Shown piece after piece: positions 25,511 through 35,438 of a stretch of DNA of 64,000 nucleotides. Made by a program: the position numbers and the translations under genes. Source of the DNA: an uncultured Chloroflexia bacterium (GTDB lineage: Bacteria > Chloroflexota > Dehalococcoidia > UBA2979); the NCBI GenBank assembly GCA_963728205.1, contig CAVSIV010000006.1:384001-448000 (forward strand). Reading direction: 5' to 3'. Within the stretch, counting starts at the first letter, position 1. Every line of letters starts with the position of its first letter. The notes under the pieces were generated by a model. The model was not told where the DNA came from. It saw nothing but the letters and a program-made list of their open reading frames with translations, and did no database searches.

Positions 25511-27133
25511 ATGACGACCAACGCCAGCCCCACGACCGACTTCGACATGGTGATCGTGGGCGCCGGCTTCGCCGGCCTCTACCAGCTCCACCGCGCGCGC
25601 GGCGCCGGCCTCACCGCCCGCGTCTTCGAGGCGGGCGACGGCGTCGGCGGCACCTGGTACTGGAACCGCTACCCCGGCGCGCGCTGCGACATCGAGTCGC
25701 TCGAGTACTCCTTCTCGTTCTCGAAGGAGCTGCGCGAGGAGTGGGACTGGCCCGAGAAGTACTCCGCGCAGCCCGACATCGAGCGCTACGCCAACCACGT
25801 CGCCGACCGCTTCGACCTGCGCCGCGACATCCAGCTCGAGACGCGCGTCACCTCCGCCCACTACGACGAGGACGCCTGCCGCTGGCGCGTCGAGACCGAC
25901 CGCGGCGACCGCGTCACGGCGACGTACCTGATCATGGCGGTGGGCTGCATCTCCGCCGCGAACGTCCCGAACATCGCGGGGCGCGACAGCTTCGAGGGCG
26001 AGTGGTACCACACCGGTCTCTGGCCGAAGGAGCCGGTCGACTTCACCGGCAAGCGCGTCGCCGTCGTCGGCACCGGGTCGTCCGGCATCCAGTCGATCCC
26101 CGAGATCGCGAAGACCGCCGCGCAGCTGACGGTGTTCCAGCGCACGCCGTCGTACTCGCTGCCGTCGGCGAACGCGCCGCTCACCGCCGAGGAGCGCGAC
26201 GCCTACCGCGCGGACTTCGATCACATCCACGCGGAGAACCTCACGATGCCCGCCGGCACGGGCTCGCGCTTCCGCGCCGCGGTGATGCGCCCGGTGCTCG
26301 AGATCCCGGAGGAGGAGCGCCAGCAGATCTTCGAGCAGGGCTGGACCGCCGGCGGGTTCGCGTTCATGCGGGCGTTCTCGGACATCGGGCTCAACTACGA
26401 GGCGAACGGCGTCGCGGCCGGCTTCGTGAAGGACAAGATCCGCTCGATCGTGAAGGACCCCGACACCGCGGAGCTGCTGTGCCCGTGGATCCCGATCGGC
26501 TGCAAGCGGATGGTGATCGACTCGGGCTACTTCGAGACGTTCAACCTGCCGCACGTCACGCTGCGCGACGCGCGCGTGGAGCCGATCGAGGAGATCACGC
26601 CGCGCGGCATCCGCACGACGCTGGCCGAGCACGAGTTCGACGCGATCGTCTTCGCGACGGGCTTCGACGCGATGACCGGCTCGTTCACGCGCATCGACAT
26701 CCGGGGGCGCGACGGCGTCCGGCTGCGCGACGAATGGCACGCGGGGCCGCGCACGTACCTCGGGCTCGGCGTCGCCGGCTTCCCCAACATGTTCACGATC
26801 ACCGGGCCGGGGAGCCCGTCGGTGCTGACGAACATGCTGGTGTCGATCGAGCACCACGTCGACTGGATCACGGACTGCGTCGAGTACCTGCGCGAGCGCG
26901 GGCACACCTCGATCGAGGCGACGCCCGACGCGCAGGATGCGTGGGTCGACCACGTCAACCACGTCGCGAGCAAGGCGATCATGTTCACCGATGCGTCGTG
27001 CAACTCGTGGTACCTGGGGGCGAACATCCCGGGGAAGACGCGGGTGTTCATGCCGCTGCCGGGGCTGCCCGCGTACATCGAGAAGTGCGACGAGATCGTG
27101 GCCGCCGGGTACGAGGGCTTCGCGCTGGCGTAA
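25511..27133 (+). CDS. Baeyer-Villiger monooxygenase (cyclohexanone monooxygenase family)
   Basis: GAGFAG, GGTWYWNRYPG, FEGEWYHTGLWP fingerprint, GTGSSG, ATGFDA. Confidence 0.96.
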   Translation: MTTNASPTTDFDMVIVGAGFAGLYQLHRARGAGLTARVFEAGDGVGGTWYWNRYPGARCDIESLEYSFSFSKELREEWDWPEKYSAQPDIERYANHVADRFDLRRDIQLETRVTSAHYDEDACRWRVETDRGDRVTATYLIMAVGCISAANVPNIAGRDSFEGEWYHTGLWPKEPVDFTGKRVAVVGTGSSGIQSIPEIAKTAAQLTVFQRTPSYSLPSANAPLTAEERDAYRADFDHIHAENLTMPAGTGSRFRAAVMRPVLEIPEEERQQIFEQGWTAGGFAFMRAFSDIGLNYEANGVAAGFVKDKIRSIVKDPDTAELLCPWIPIGCKRMVIDSGYFETFNLPHVTLRDARVEPIEEITPRGIRTTLAEHEFDAIVFATGFDAMTGSFTRIDIRGRDGVRLRDEWHAGPRTYLGLGVAGFPNMFTITGPGSPSVLTNMLVSIEHHVDWITDCVEYLRERGHTSIEATPDAQDAWVDHVNHVASKAIMFTDASCNSWYLGANIPGKTRVFMPLPGLPAYIEKCDEIVAAGYEGFALA

Positions 27134-27376
27134 TTCGCCGCGCTGTGATCCTCGTCCGTCGGCGCGCGGTCGGCGCGTGGGCAGCCGGGCCGGTCGGGAC
27201 ACCGGGTCCATCGCGCCCCGGTGAGCCGGGGAGCGGGAGGCCGCCGTTTCGGATTCGACGTGGCGGGAGCGGCGCCTCTGCGGAGCGACCGTCGGAGGCG
27301 GCTCGCGACCGAAAACGGCAGCCTGACATCTGCCGCTCGCCGCGGCCGCGCGGAGAGCCCGCGTCCGCGCAGTTGC

Positions 27377-29962
27377 TCAGCGCGTCGCTCCGTCCTCCCC
27401 GAACTGCTCGCGGTATCCCGTGTCGATCTCCGACAGGCGCCCGGCGGCGAGCGCATCCTCAATCGCGAGCAGCCGCGGGTTCACCAGCCCCTCGCGGGGC
27501 GCGGACGCGGTGACCCCGTCGGCGAAGAGCCGGTCAATCTCGGCCGCGTCGAGCCCGAGCACGCCCGACAGCACCTCGCGCGTGTGCTCGCCGAAGGCAG
27601 GCGCCGGCGCGGGCGGCGGCGGCGCGGGCGACATCCGCCACGCCGCGCGCGGGAAGGGGCGCGCGCCGAGCTCCGGCGCGTACGCCGGCGCCGGCGTCAT
27701 CTCGACGAAGCCCCGGTGCCGCAGCTGCGGGTCGGTCCACACCTCGCAACTGTCCGCGACGACCGTCGCCTCGACGCCCGCTCCCCGCAGGTCGCGCGCG
27801 AGGTCCTCGGCGAGGCGGCCGCGCGTCGCGCCCGCGATCAGCGCGTCGAGCGTGTCCGCCTCCGCGCGCCGTGCCGCGGCCGCCGCGAAGCGCTCAACCG
27901 GTCCGGCACCCAGCCCCAGCACGCCGCACAGCGCGTGGAACTGCGTGTCGCTCGCGACCGAGATCGCGATCCAGCGATCGTCGCCGGCGCACGGGTACGC
28001 GCCCTGCGGACAGCGGGCCGGGTCGCGGTTGCCGTCGCGCGCCGTGACGCCGCGGAGCGCGCGTTCGCCGTTCATCGCGACGTCGAGCATCGCCTCCGGG
28101 AGCGTCGCCACGCCGGCCTCGTAGTGCGAGAGGTCGAGCCACGCGCCCTCGCCCGTGTGGTCGCGCCGTTCGAGCGCGGCGAGGATCGCGTAGGTGCCGT
28201 AGTAGGCGCCGGCGACATCCGTGAACGCGACGCCCCAGCCGCCGGCGCCGGCGCGCACCGGCGGGCCGTCGGGGTAGCCGGTGAGGTGCATGAGCCCGTC
28301 GACCGACTCGGTGATCGGGCCGTACGCCTTGTAGTTGCGCCACGGGCCGGTCTGACCGAAGCCGCTCGACGACAGCAGGATGACGCGCGGGTTGGCGGCG
28401 CGCAGGGTCGCGTAGTCGAGGCCGAGGTGCTCGAGCACGCGGGGCGTGAAGTTCTCGGCGACGACGTCGCTGCGCGCGACCAGCTCGAGCAGGAGCTCGC
28501 GGCCACGCGGGCTGCGGAGGTCGAGCGCGATGCCGCGCTTGCCGCGGTTGAGGTGGTGGAAGTTGCCGGAGTGGTCGTAGTAGCGCGGCCGGATCGTGTT
28601 CCCGGGCTGCGGGCCCCAGCGCACGCTGTCGGGCCGCGACGCGGCCTCGACCTTGATCACGTCGGCGCCGAGTGCGGCGAGCGGCGTGATCGCGAGCGGC
28701 AGGACGAACACCATGCCGAGCTCGAGGATGCGCACGCCGTCGAGTGGCCGCGCCGCCGCGCCGACGGCCCGGGTGTCGGCCGTCTCCGCGCGCGGCGGGT
28801 GCGGCGCGTGCGGCGGCGTGTCGAGCGCCCCCAGCACGGCGGCATCGTGCTGGCCCAGCCGCGGCGCCGGCACAGAGACTCCACGCGCTTCCCCGCTGAT
28901 TTGCGGGACCGCCCCCGGAATCCTCACGGTGCCGCCCGCCGGGTGCGCGTGTTCAATGAAGAAGTCCCGCGCGCGGAGGTGCGGGCAGGCGGCGACCTCC
29001 GTGGGCGACTGGATCGAGCTGATCGTGAGGCCGCGCGCCTGGCCCTCGTGGAAGAGGTCGTCGCGGGTGCGCGCCGCGAAGGCCTCCGCCGCGATGCGGT
29101 CGAGCTCGGTGCTGTGGGCGTGCCGCGAGGCGGAGGTATCGAAGGGAGGTGCGAGCAGCTCGGGGCGCTCGACGAACCCGGCGAAGGTGTCCCACCACAC
29201 GTCGATGCCCGCGTCGGACGGCATGATCCAGCCGTCGGCCGCGCGCATCGGCTGCGACGTCATGAGCTGTGGCAGCGTCGGCGGCGATCGCTTCACGACG
29301 GCGCCGGTGTGCGTATAGACGTTCAGCGCGGGGAAGGCGGTGAGCGCGACGGTTTCCTGCAGCGAGATGTCGATGCGCCGGCCGGCGCCGGAGTCGCGTG
29401 CGTCGCGGGTCGCCGCCAGCACGGCCGCCGCCGCGTTCACGCCGGCGAGGTGCTCGCCCTGGTGGAGCCCCTGCTTGAGCGGAGGCCGGTCGGCGCTGCC
29501 CGTCTGGCCCATCATCCCGCTCGACGCGTAGGCGCTCAGCTCCGAGCCGAGCCAGCCGGCCTTCGGCCCTTCCTGTCCGTACGGGCTGATCGAGCAGACG
29601 ACGAGCGACGGCGGCAGGGCCGTGCCGTCCGGCCAGAGCGCGTCGAAGCGACCGGCGCCGAGGTTCTCGACCACCGCGTCGGCCTCCGCGAGCAGCGCCG
29701 CCAGCTGCGCGCGTCCGTCGACCGTGGTCACGTCGATCACGACGCCGCGCTTGCCGTGGTTGAGGTAGAGGAAGAGGCCGCTCGCCTCAGGATCCGGACG
29801 GTCGTCGCGAAACGGCCCGGCGCGGCGGATCTCGTCGCCGCCGGGCGACTCGACCTTGATCACGTCGGCGCCAGCGTCGGCGAGCAGGCGGGCGCCGAAC
29901 GCGGCCGCGATCCCGCTGCCGAGCTCCACGACGCGCAGGGCGTCGTCACGCCAGACCGCCAC
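27377..29962 (-). CDS. Family III (CaiB/BaiF) CoA-transferase with two tandem domains
   Basis: LADAGADVIKVE..LNHGKRG and LGADVIKVE..LNRGKRG; ENFTP; PAFGEHT. Confidence 0.93.
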   Translation of the reverse strand: MAVWRDDALRVVELGSGIAAAFGARLLADAGADVIKVESPGGDEIRRAGPFRDDRPDPEASGLFLYLNHGKRGVVIDVTTVDGRAQLAALLAEADAVVENLGAGRFDALWPDGTALPPSLVVCSISPYGQEGPKAGWLGSELSAYASSGMMGQTGSADRPPLKQGLHQGEHLAGVNAAAAVLAATRDARDSGAGRRIDISLQETVALTAFPALNVYTHTGAVVKRSPPTLPQLMTSQPMRAADGWIMPSDAGIDVWWDTFAGFVERPELLAPPFDTSASRHAHSTELDRIAAEAFAARTRDDLFHEGQARGLTISSIQSPTEVAACPHLRARDFFIEHAHPAGGTVRIPGAVPQISGEARGVSVPAPRLGQHDAAVLGALDTPPHAPHPPRAETADTRAVGAAARPLDGVRILELGMVFVLPLAITPLAALGADVIKVEAASRPDSVRWGPQPGNTIRPRYYDHSGNFHHLNRGKRGIALDLRSPRGRELLLELVARSDVVAENFTPRVLEHLGLDYATLRAANPRVILLSSSGFGQTGPWRNYKAYGPITESVDGLMHLTGYPDGPPVRAGAGGWGVAFTDVAGAYYGTYAILAALERRDHTGEGAWLDLSHYEAGVATLPEAMLDVAMNGERALRGVTARDGNRDPARCPQGAYPCAGDDRWIAISVASDTQFHALCGVLGLGAGPVERFAAAAARRAEADTLDALIAGATRGRLAEDLARDLRGAGVEATVVADSCEVWTDPQLRHRGFVEMTPAPAYAPELGARPFPRAAWRMSPAPPPPAPAPAFGEHTREVLSGVLGLDAAEIDRLFADGVTASAPREGLVNPRLLAIEDALAAGRLSEIDTGYREQFGEDGATR

Positions 29963-30057
29963 GTCGCTCCTCGTTCCCTCGCCGCGCCCGGGGCCGCAGG
30001 GAGCATGCCCTATGATCCCGGCCGGCGCGAGGCCATCGTCGAGCGAAGGAGGCGCGC

Positions 30058-30972
30058 GTGGTGCGCGTGATCGACCTGGAGTGCAGCGCGCCGACCTCGG
30101 CAGTGCGCCAGTGGGGCGATCCCACGCTGCCGCGGCATCCCGAGGGCTCGGGGCTGACGTGGGCCGGCCGCGAGCCCGAGCCGCGACCGGGCTGGGGCTT
30201 CGACAACTACGAGGTCATCTTCCGCGGACGCCGCCAGCGCGACGACGGATCCGGGCCACTGCAGCCCACCTTCGAGTCCTTCTGCGAAGAGCTCGAGCGC
30301 GCCGGGGTGGTGAAGGCGTTCATGGCGCACCCAAACCCGATCACGGTCGGCGCCGTGCACGCGCGGCCGGACCTGTTCATGGGCCTGGCGCGGCTCAGCC
30401 CCTTCGACGGCATGCTCGCGGTCCGCGAGTTCGAGCGGCTCGTGCGCGAGGAGTCGCTCTGCGGGCTGATGGTGCAGCCGCACGAGGAGCGGATCCCGGC
30501 GAGCGACCGTCGCTACTACCCGCTGTACACGAAGGCCGCGGAGCTGGGCGTCCCCATCCGCATCTACTCGACGATGAACTACGCGACGGACCGCCCGTAC
30601 GACCTCGGTCATCCGAAGCACCTCGACCAGGTCGCCGGCGACTTCCCGGAGACGCCGGTGATCGCCGCGCTCGCCGGCTGGCCGTGGGTGAACGAGATGG
30701 TGGCGCTGCTGCGTCGCCACCCGAATCTCTACTGCGACACCGCCGCGCACCACCCGAAGTACTTCGCGGTGGCGGGGTCGGGGTGGGACATGTTCATGCA
30801 GTACGGGAACACGCTGATCCAGGACAAGATCATGGCCGCGATGTCGCCGGCGACGCTCGGCGAGCCGTACCAGGCGATGATCGACGCATACCTCGCGCTG
30901 CCGCTCAAGGACGCGGTCAAGGAGAAGTGGCTCTACGGCAACGCCGCTCGCGTGTTCGGGATCAATGGGTAG
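30058..30972 (+). CDS. Amidohydrolase-2 family protein
   Basis: YYPLYTKAAELGVP, GWPWVNEM..HPNLYCD, WLYGNAARVF. Confidence 0.88.
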   Translation: MVRVIDLECSAPTSAVRQWGDPTLPRHPEGSGLTWAGREPEPRPGWGFDNYEVIFRGRRQRDDGSGPLQPTFESFCEELERAGVVKAFMAHPNPITVGAVHARPDLFMGLARLSPFDGMLAVREFERLVREESLCGLMVQPHEERIPASDRRYYPLYTKAAELGVPIRIYSTMNYATDRPYDLGHPKHLDQVAGDFPETPVIAALAGWPWVNEMVALLRRHPNLYCDTAAHHPKYFAVAGSGWDMFMQYGNTLIQDKIMAAMSPATLGEPYQAMIDAYLALPLKDAVKEKWLYGNAARVFGING

Positions 30973-31080
30973 CGCGGGGATCGCACCGTGCGGAGACCGG
31001 TGTGCGGAGCCGGCCCCGGCGTTGAGGGCGCGTCGGAAACAGCCGCCTCACGCCCCCTGATCCGCGGCGCGGAGGCTGGC

Positions 31081-32025
31081 ATGACGTACTCGCCCGTCGA
31101 CGGGGCGCACGCAACCGCGTTCCTGCGCGCGCGTTACGGCGCCGACGCGACCGCGCCGCGCGCACTCCGCCACGGCGAATGGTCGACGGCGTACGCCTTC
31201 GCGGCCGGCGGGACGGCACTCGTCGCCCGGTTCAGCGCGCTCGAGGAGGACTTCGCGAAGGACCGGCTGGCGTCGCGGCTCGCGTCCGACGCGCTGCCGG
31301 TGCCGCGCGTGCTCGAGGTCGGCAAGGCGCTCGGCGGGTGGTACGCGATCTCGGAGCGCGCGCCGGGCGTGCACATCGACGACCTCGACGGTGCGGGGAT
31401 GCGGCGCGTGCTGCCGTCGCTGTTCGCCGCGATCGACGCGGAGCGACGCGCGGACCTGGCGGGCACGTCCGGCTACGGGGTGTGGAACGCGCACGGGCGC
31501 GCGCCGCACGCGACGTGGCGGGCCGCGCTGCTCGACGCCGCCCGCGACAGCCCGGACCGCCGCGTCCACGGTTGGCGCTCGGCCCTCGAGGCGTCCGCCA
31601 CCGGCACCGCGCCGTTCGACCGCGCGGCCGCGCAGCTGCGGCGACTGGTCGAGGCCGTCCCGGAGGAGCGCCACCTCGTGCACAGCGACCTGCTGCACTG
31701 GAACGTGCTCGTCGCCGACGGCCGCGTGAGCGCCGTGCTCGACTGGGGCTCGTCGCTGTACGGCGACTTCCTCTACGACGTCGCATGGCTGTGCTTCTGG
31801 GCGCCGTGGTCTCCCGCCTGGCGCGACATCGACTTTGCGGCCGAGGCCGCCGCGTACTGGCGCGCCGCCGGTGTCAGCCTTGCCAACTTCGAAGAGCGGC
31901 TGCGGTGCTACCAGGTGCACATCGGGCTCGACGGTCAGGCGTACAACGCGTTCGTGGGGCGGTTCGACGACGTCGCTGCGATCGCGGAGCGGACGCTCGC
32001 GGTAGCCGAAGAGACGGCGCGGTAG
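31081..32025 (+). CDS. APH/choline-kinase-like phosphotransferase
   Basis: LPVPRVL, LVHSDLLHWNVL, VLDWG..GDFLYD. Confidence 0.88.
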   Translation: MTYSPVDGAHATAFLRARYGADATAPRALRHGEWSTAYAFAAGGTALVARFSALEEDFAKDRLASRLASDALPVPRVLEVGKALGGWYAISERAPGVHIDDLDGAGMRRVLPSLFAAIDAERRADLAGTSGYGVWNAHGRAPHATWRAALLDAARDSPDRRVHGWRSALEASATGTAPFDRAAAQLRRLVEAVPEERHLVHSDLLHWNVLVADGRVSAVLDWGSSLYGDFLYDVAWLCFWAPWSPAWRDIDFAAEAAAYWRAAGVSLANFEERLRCYQVHIGLDGQAYNAFVGRFDDVAAIAERTLAVAEETAR

Positions 32026-32200
32026 TGTCCCCACCACGCGTCAAGCGGGACGCCGCCCGACCGCGCCCCACCCCCCGTCCACATTCTGACGAACTATTGA
32101 TGATTCGGCCGGTATCCGCGCGCGACCCACCCAGGGATGGTGGCTACCGTAGGTCGGCGCGCGACGCGCGACGCCGCCGTGCCGCGTTGGGAGACATGCG

Positions 32201-34322
32201 ATGCGCCAGAAGCTGATCGTGTTCGCCCTCGTCATGATGGGCGTCCTCGCCGGATCCCAGGGGAGCCGCGCGCTCGCGCAGGGCCCGACCAGCCTCCCGG
32301 TCGATCCCGGGCCGCACGCCGCCGGCGTCGCCCACCACCCGCTGTTTGTGAAGGTGCTCGGGTACGACCACGCCGGCCGCCCGCTCCTGGCGAGCCAGGC
32401 GGTGAGCGGGAACTCGCCGGCCGCCGTCCGGCACGCGTACGGCTTCGACCAGCTCTCAGCGGACGGCGCGAACCAGGTGATCGGCATCGTCGACGCCTAC
32501 GACGACCCGACCGTTGAGAGCGATCTGCTCACCTTCATCGGGCAGTTCGGCGGCACGATGCACGGGCTCACGAGCGCCGACCCGTGCTCGGTGAGCGCCG
32601 GCCCGCACCCGTGCTTCCAGAAGACCTACGCGCAGTCGAAGCCGCGGACCGACAGCGGCTGGGCGCTCGAGACGTCGCTCGACGTGCAGTGGGCGCACGC
32701 GATCGCGCCCGGCGCAGACATCCTCCTCGTCGAGTCGCGCAGCGCCTCGTTCTCGAACCTGCTCGGCGCCGTGGACACCGCCGTCAGTGGCGGCGCGCAC
32801 GTCGTCTCGATGAGCTGGGGCGGCAGCGAGTTCTCGAGCGAGCCCACCTACGACTCGTACTTCAACCGCAGCGGCGTCGTATTCACGGCGGCGTCCGGTG
32901 ACAACGGCCACGGCGTGATCTACCCGTCGTCGTCGCCGTACGTCGTCGGCGTCGGCGGGACGACGCTCAGCCTCGACGGCAGCGGCAACGTCGCGAGCGA
33001 GACCGCCTGGAGCGGCTCGGGCGGCGGCGCGAGCGCCTACGAGGCCGAGCCCGGCTACCAGTCCGCCTACGGGATCCCGAGCACCGGCGGACGGCGCGGG
33101 GCACCCGACGTCGCCTACAACGGCGACCCGCAGAGCGGCGTCCCCGTGTACGACTCCACCGGCTACCAGGGCCAGTCGGGCTGGTTTGTCGTCGGCGGCA
33201 CCAGCGCCGGCGCGCCGCAGTGGGCCGCGCTCGTGGCGCTCGCCAACCAAGGACGCAGCGCGGCCCTCTCGACCAACGACCTCGCGAGCCTCGCCGTTCT
33301 ACGACGCCGCCGCCGGAACGGTGTCGTACGGCACCAACTACCGCGACATCACCTCGGGCACGAACGGCACGTGCGGGAGCGCGTGCACCGCGGTGGGCGG
33401 CTACGACCTCGTGACCGGCCTCGGCAGCCCGCGCGCGAACGCGCTCGTCCCGGCACTCTCCGGCACGTCCGGCGGCACCGGCGGCTCGCTCGCCTTCGAC
33501 ACCGCGTCGCAGTCGCTCGTCGCCGGCGCGGCGTCGAGCGGGATGACCGTGTCGCTCTCCGCGCCGTCGTCGGCCGCGGTGACGGTGACGCTGAGCACCG
33601 ACTCGGCGGGCGGAGGCTTCTCGACGACGGCCGACGGGACGTTCACGCCCACGCTGAGCCTGTCCGTCACGTCGACGAGCCCGACGTTCTACTACGCGGA
33701 CACCCGCGCCGGGAGCCCGACCCTCGCTGCGAGCGCCTCGGGGTACGCCGGTGCGACGCAAACGGAGAGCGTGAGCCCCGCCGCGCTCGCGACCGTCGCC
33801 GTGTCGCCGTCGTCGGCGAGCGTCGTGACCGGCGGCACGCAGAACTTCACCGCGAGCGGCGCCGACCAGTACGGCAACCCGGTCGACGTGAGCGGTGCGG
33901 CATGGACCGCGAACCCGACCTCGCTCGGCGCCTTCGCGCCCGCGACCGGCGCGAGCACGACCTTCACGGCCGGCGCGACGGCCGACACGGGCACGGTGAC
34001 CGCGACTGTCGGTGCGATCCAGGGGTCGGCGAGCGTCACCGTGACGGCGCTCGCGACGCCCGCCGCCCCGGCGAATCTCACGGCCGCGACGCGCGGGAAG
34101 CACATCTCGCTCAGCTGGGACGCGTCGACAGGCGCCACCAGTTACAACGTCTACCGCGGGACCGCGTCCGGGACCGAGTCGCTCTACTCGAGCGGCCTCA
34201 CCGGGACATCCGCGAACGACATGGCGACGGCTTCGGGCAGCACGTACTACTACACCGTCACCGCCGTGAACGCCGCGGGCGAGAGCGTGCCATCGAACGA
34301 GGTGAGCGCCACCGCCCGGTGA
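32201..34322 (+). CDS. Secreted S53 (sedolisin-like) peptidase with Ig-like and FN3 domains (frameshift near 33290)
   Basis: ETSLD, SGDNG, GGTSAGAP; GYDLVTGLGSP and FN3 (LSW..YNVYR..YYYTVTAVN) in the second frame. Confidence 0.9.
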
Positions 34323-34327
34323 TCCGG

Positions 34328-34378
34328 GGGCGGGGCGAGTGGGTGGGCCGGGCAAATCCCCCACCCCTCGCTCCGCCC
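34328..34378 (+). terminator. Stem-loop after the S53 gene
   Basis: gggcggggcgag...ctcgctccgccc. Confidence 0.45.
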
Positions 34379-34500
34379 ATGCCCGGCCGCAGCGCGACGA
34401 TATGCGTCTGATAGCTGACGTCCGCGGGTGCAATGGGTTCTCAACTCGCGGTGCGTAGAGTCCCCTCCGGCGGGACCGTCGGCGCGGGGGCGCCGCCGCG

Positions 34501-35370
34501 ATGCACCAGAGTCCTGCATCCCTCTTCAACTTCAACATCGGCGGCCCCGAGGGGGAGGCGCTGCGGGAGCGGACGCGGCTGCTCGCCGCGTCGTGGTCGG
34601 CCGTCATGGCCGCCGAGTCGTCGTCCGCACTGGGGACGCTCCGCCGGCTGCTCGCACTGAGCGAGGCGGAGCCGCGCGCGGCCGACGCGCTCGCGCGCGT
34701 CATCCTCGACCGCGAGTGCGACGTCCGCGCCCCGACCGGGTCGTCCGCGCTCGACCGCGCGCGCCTGCTCGACACCTGTCGCGCGGCGGTGGGACGCGCC
34801 GGCTACCGTCGCGCGCACTCGGTCGCGCTGGCCGGTTCGGCGATCGCCACGTGGGATGCGCCGCGACCCGGCCCGGAGGGCGCGCGCCACTGGCGTCACG
34901 CCGTGGCGACCGCGGCGCTCTGCGCGCTCGGCGCCGAGACGCGCCCCGCGCTACGCGAGCGCGCCGTTGCGGCAGGGCTGCTGCACGGGCTGGGCGACCT
35001 CGCGCTGCGCCTCGCGCGCGCCGAGGGGCGGTCGCCGGCCGTGGCTGCCGTCGCGATCGGCGCCCAGGTCGCGACCCGACTGCACCTCCCTGAGTGGATC
35101 GCGCCGATCGCCGGCGACTGCGGCGCCGCCGCGGCGCCTGACGCCGGCGGACTCTTCCGCCTGACCGCTGCGGCATGCGCGGCCGCATCCGCGGCCGGCT
35201 TCGCCCCGGCCGGCGGCACGCCGGCAGCGGTCGCGTCCCCGGACGCCGGAGAGCGGCTCCTCGCCGCATTGCGTGTGCGCGGGGGCGCCGCGCGGCTCGA
35301 GCGCGAGGTCGAGACCGCGTTCGTGGCGGCGCGCGCGGGCACGCTCGCGGCGTTGGAGGACGCGGAGTAG
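34501..35370 (+). CDS. Degenerate HDOD-domain protein
   Basis: WRHAVATA..AGLLHGLG..AIGAQVATRLHLP; HD is replaced by HG. Confidence 0.65.
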   Translation: MHQSPASLFNFNIGGPEGEALRERTRLLAASWSAVMAAESSSALGTLRRLLALSEAEPRAADALARVILDRECDVRAPTGSSALDRARLLDTCRAAVGRAGYRRAHSVALAGSAIATWDAPRPGPEGARHWRHAVATAALCALGAETRPALRERAVAAGLLHGLGDLALRLARAEGRSPAVAAVAIGAQVATRLHLPEWIAPIAGDCGAAAAPDAGGLFRLTAAACAAASAAGFAPAGGTPAAVASPDAGERLLAALRVRGGAARLEREVETAFVAARAGTLAALEDAE

Positions 35371-35438
35371 CCGGGGCGACGGCCCCCTCCGCGGCGCAGA
35401 TGCGGGCCGGGGCAGCGCCGGGGCGCGCTCACTCGCGG

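Noticed and set aside
31081-32025. Bona fide aminoglycoside resistance gene (also the nucleotidyltransferase at 11804)
   Set aside because: Only superfamily motifs are visible; the substrate cannot be inferred.
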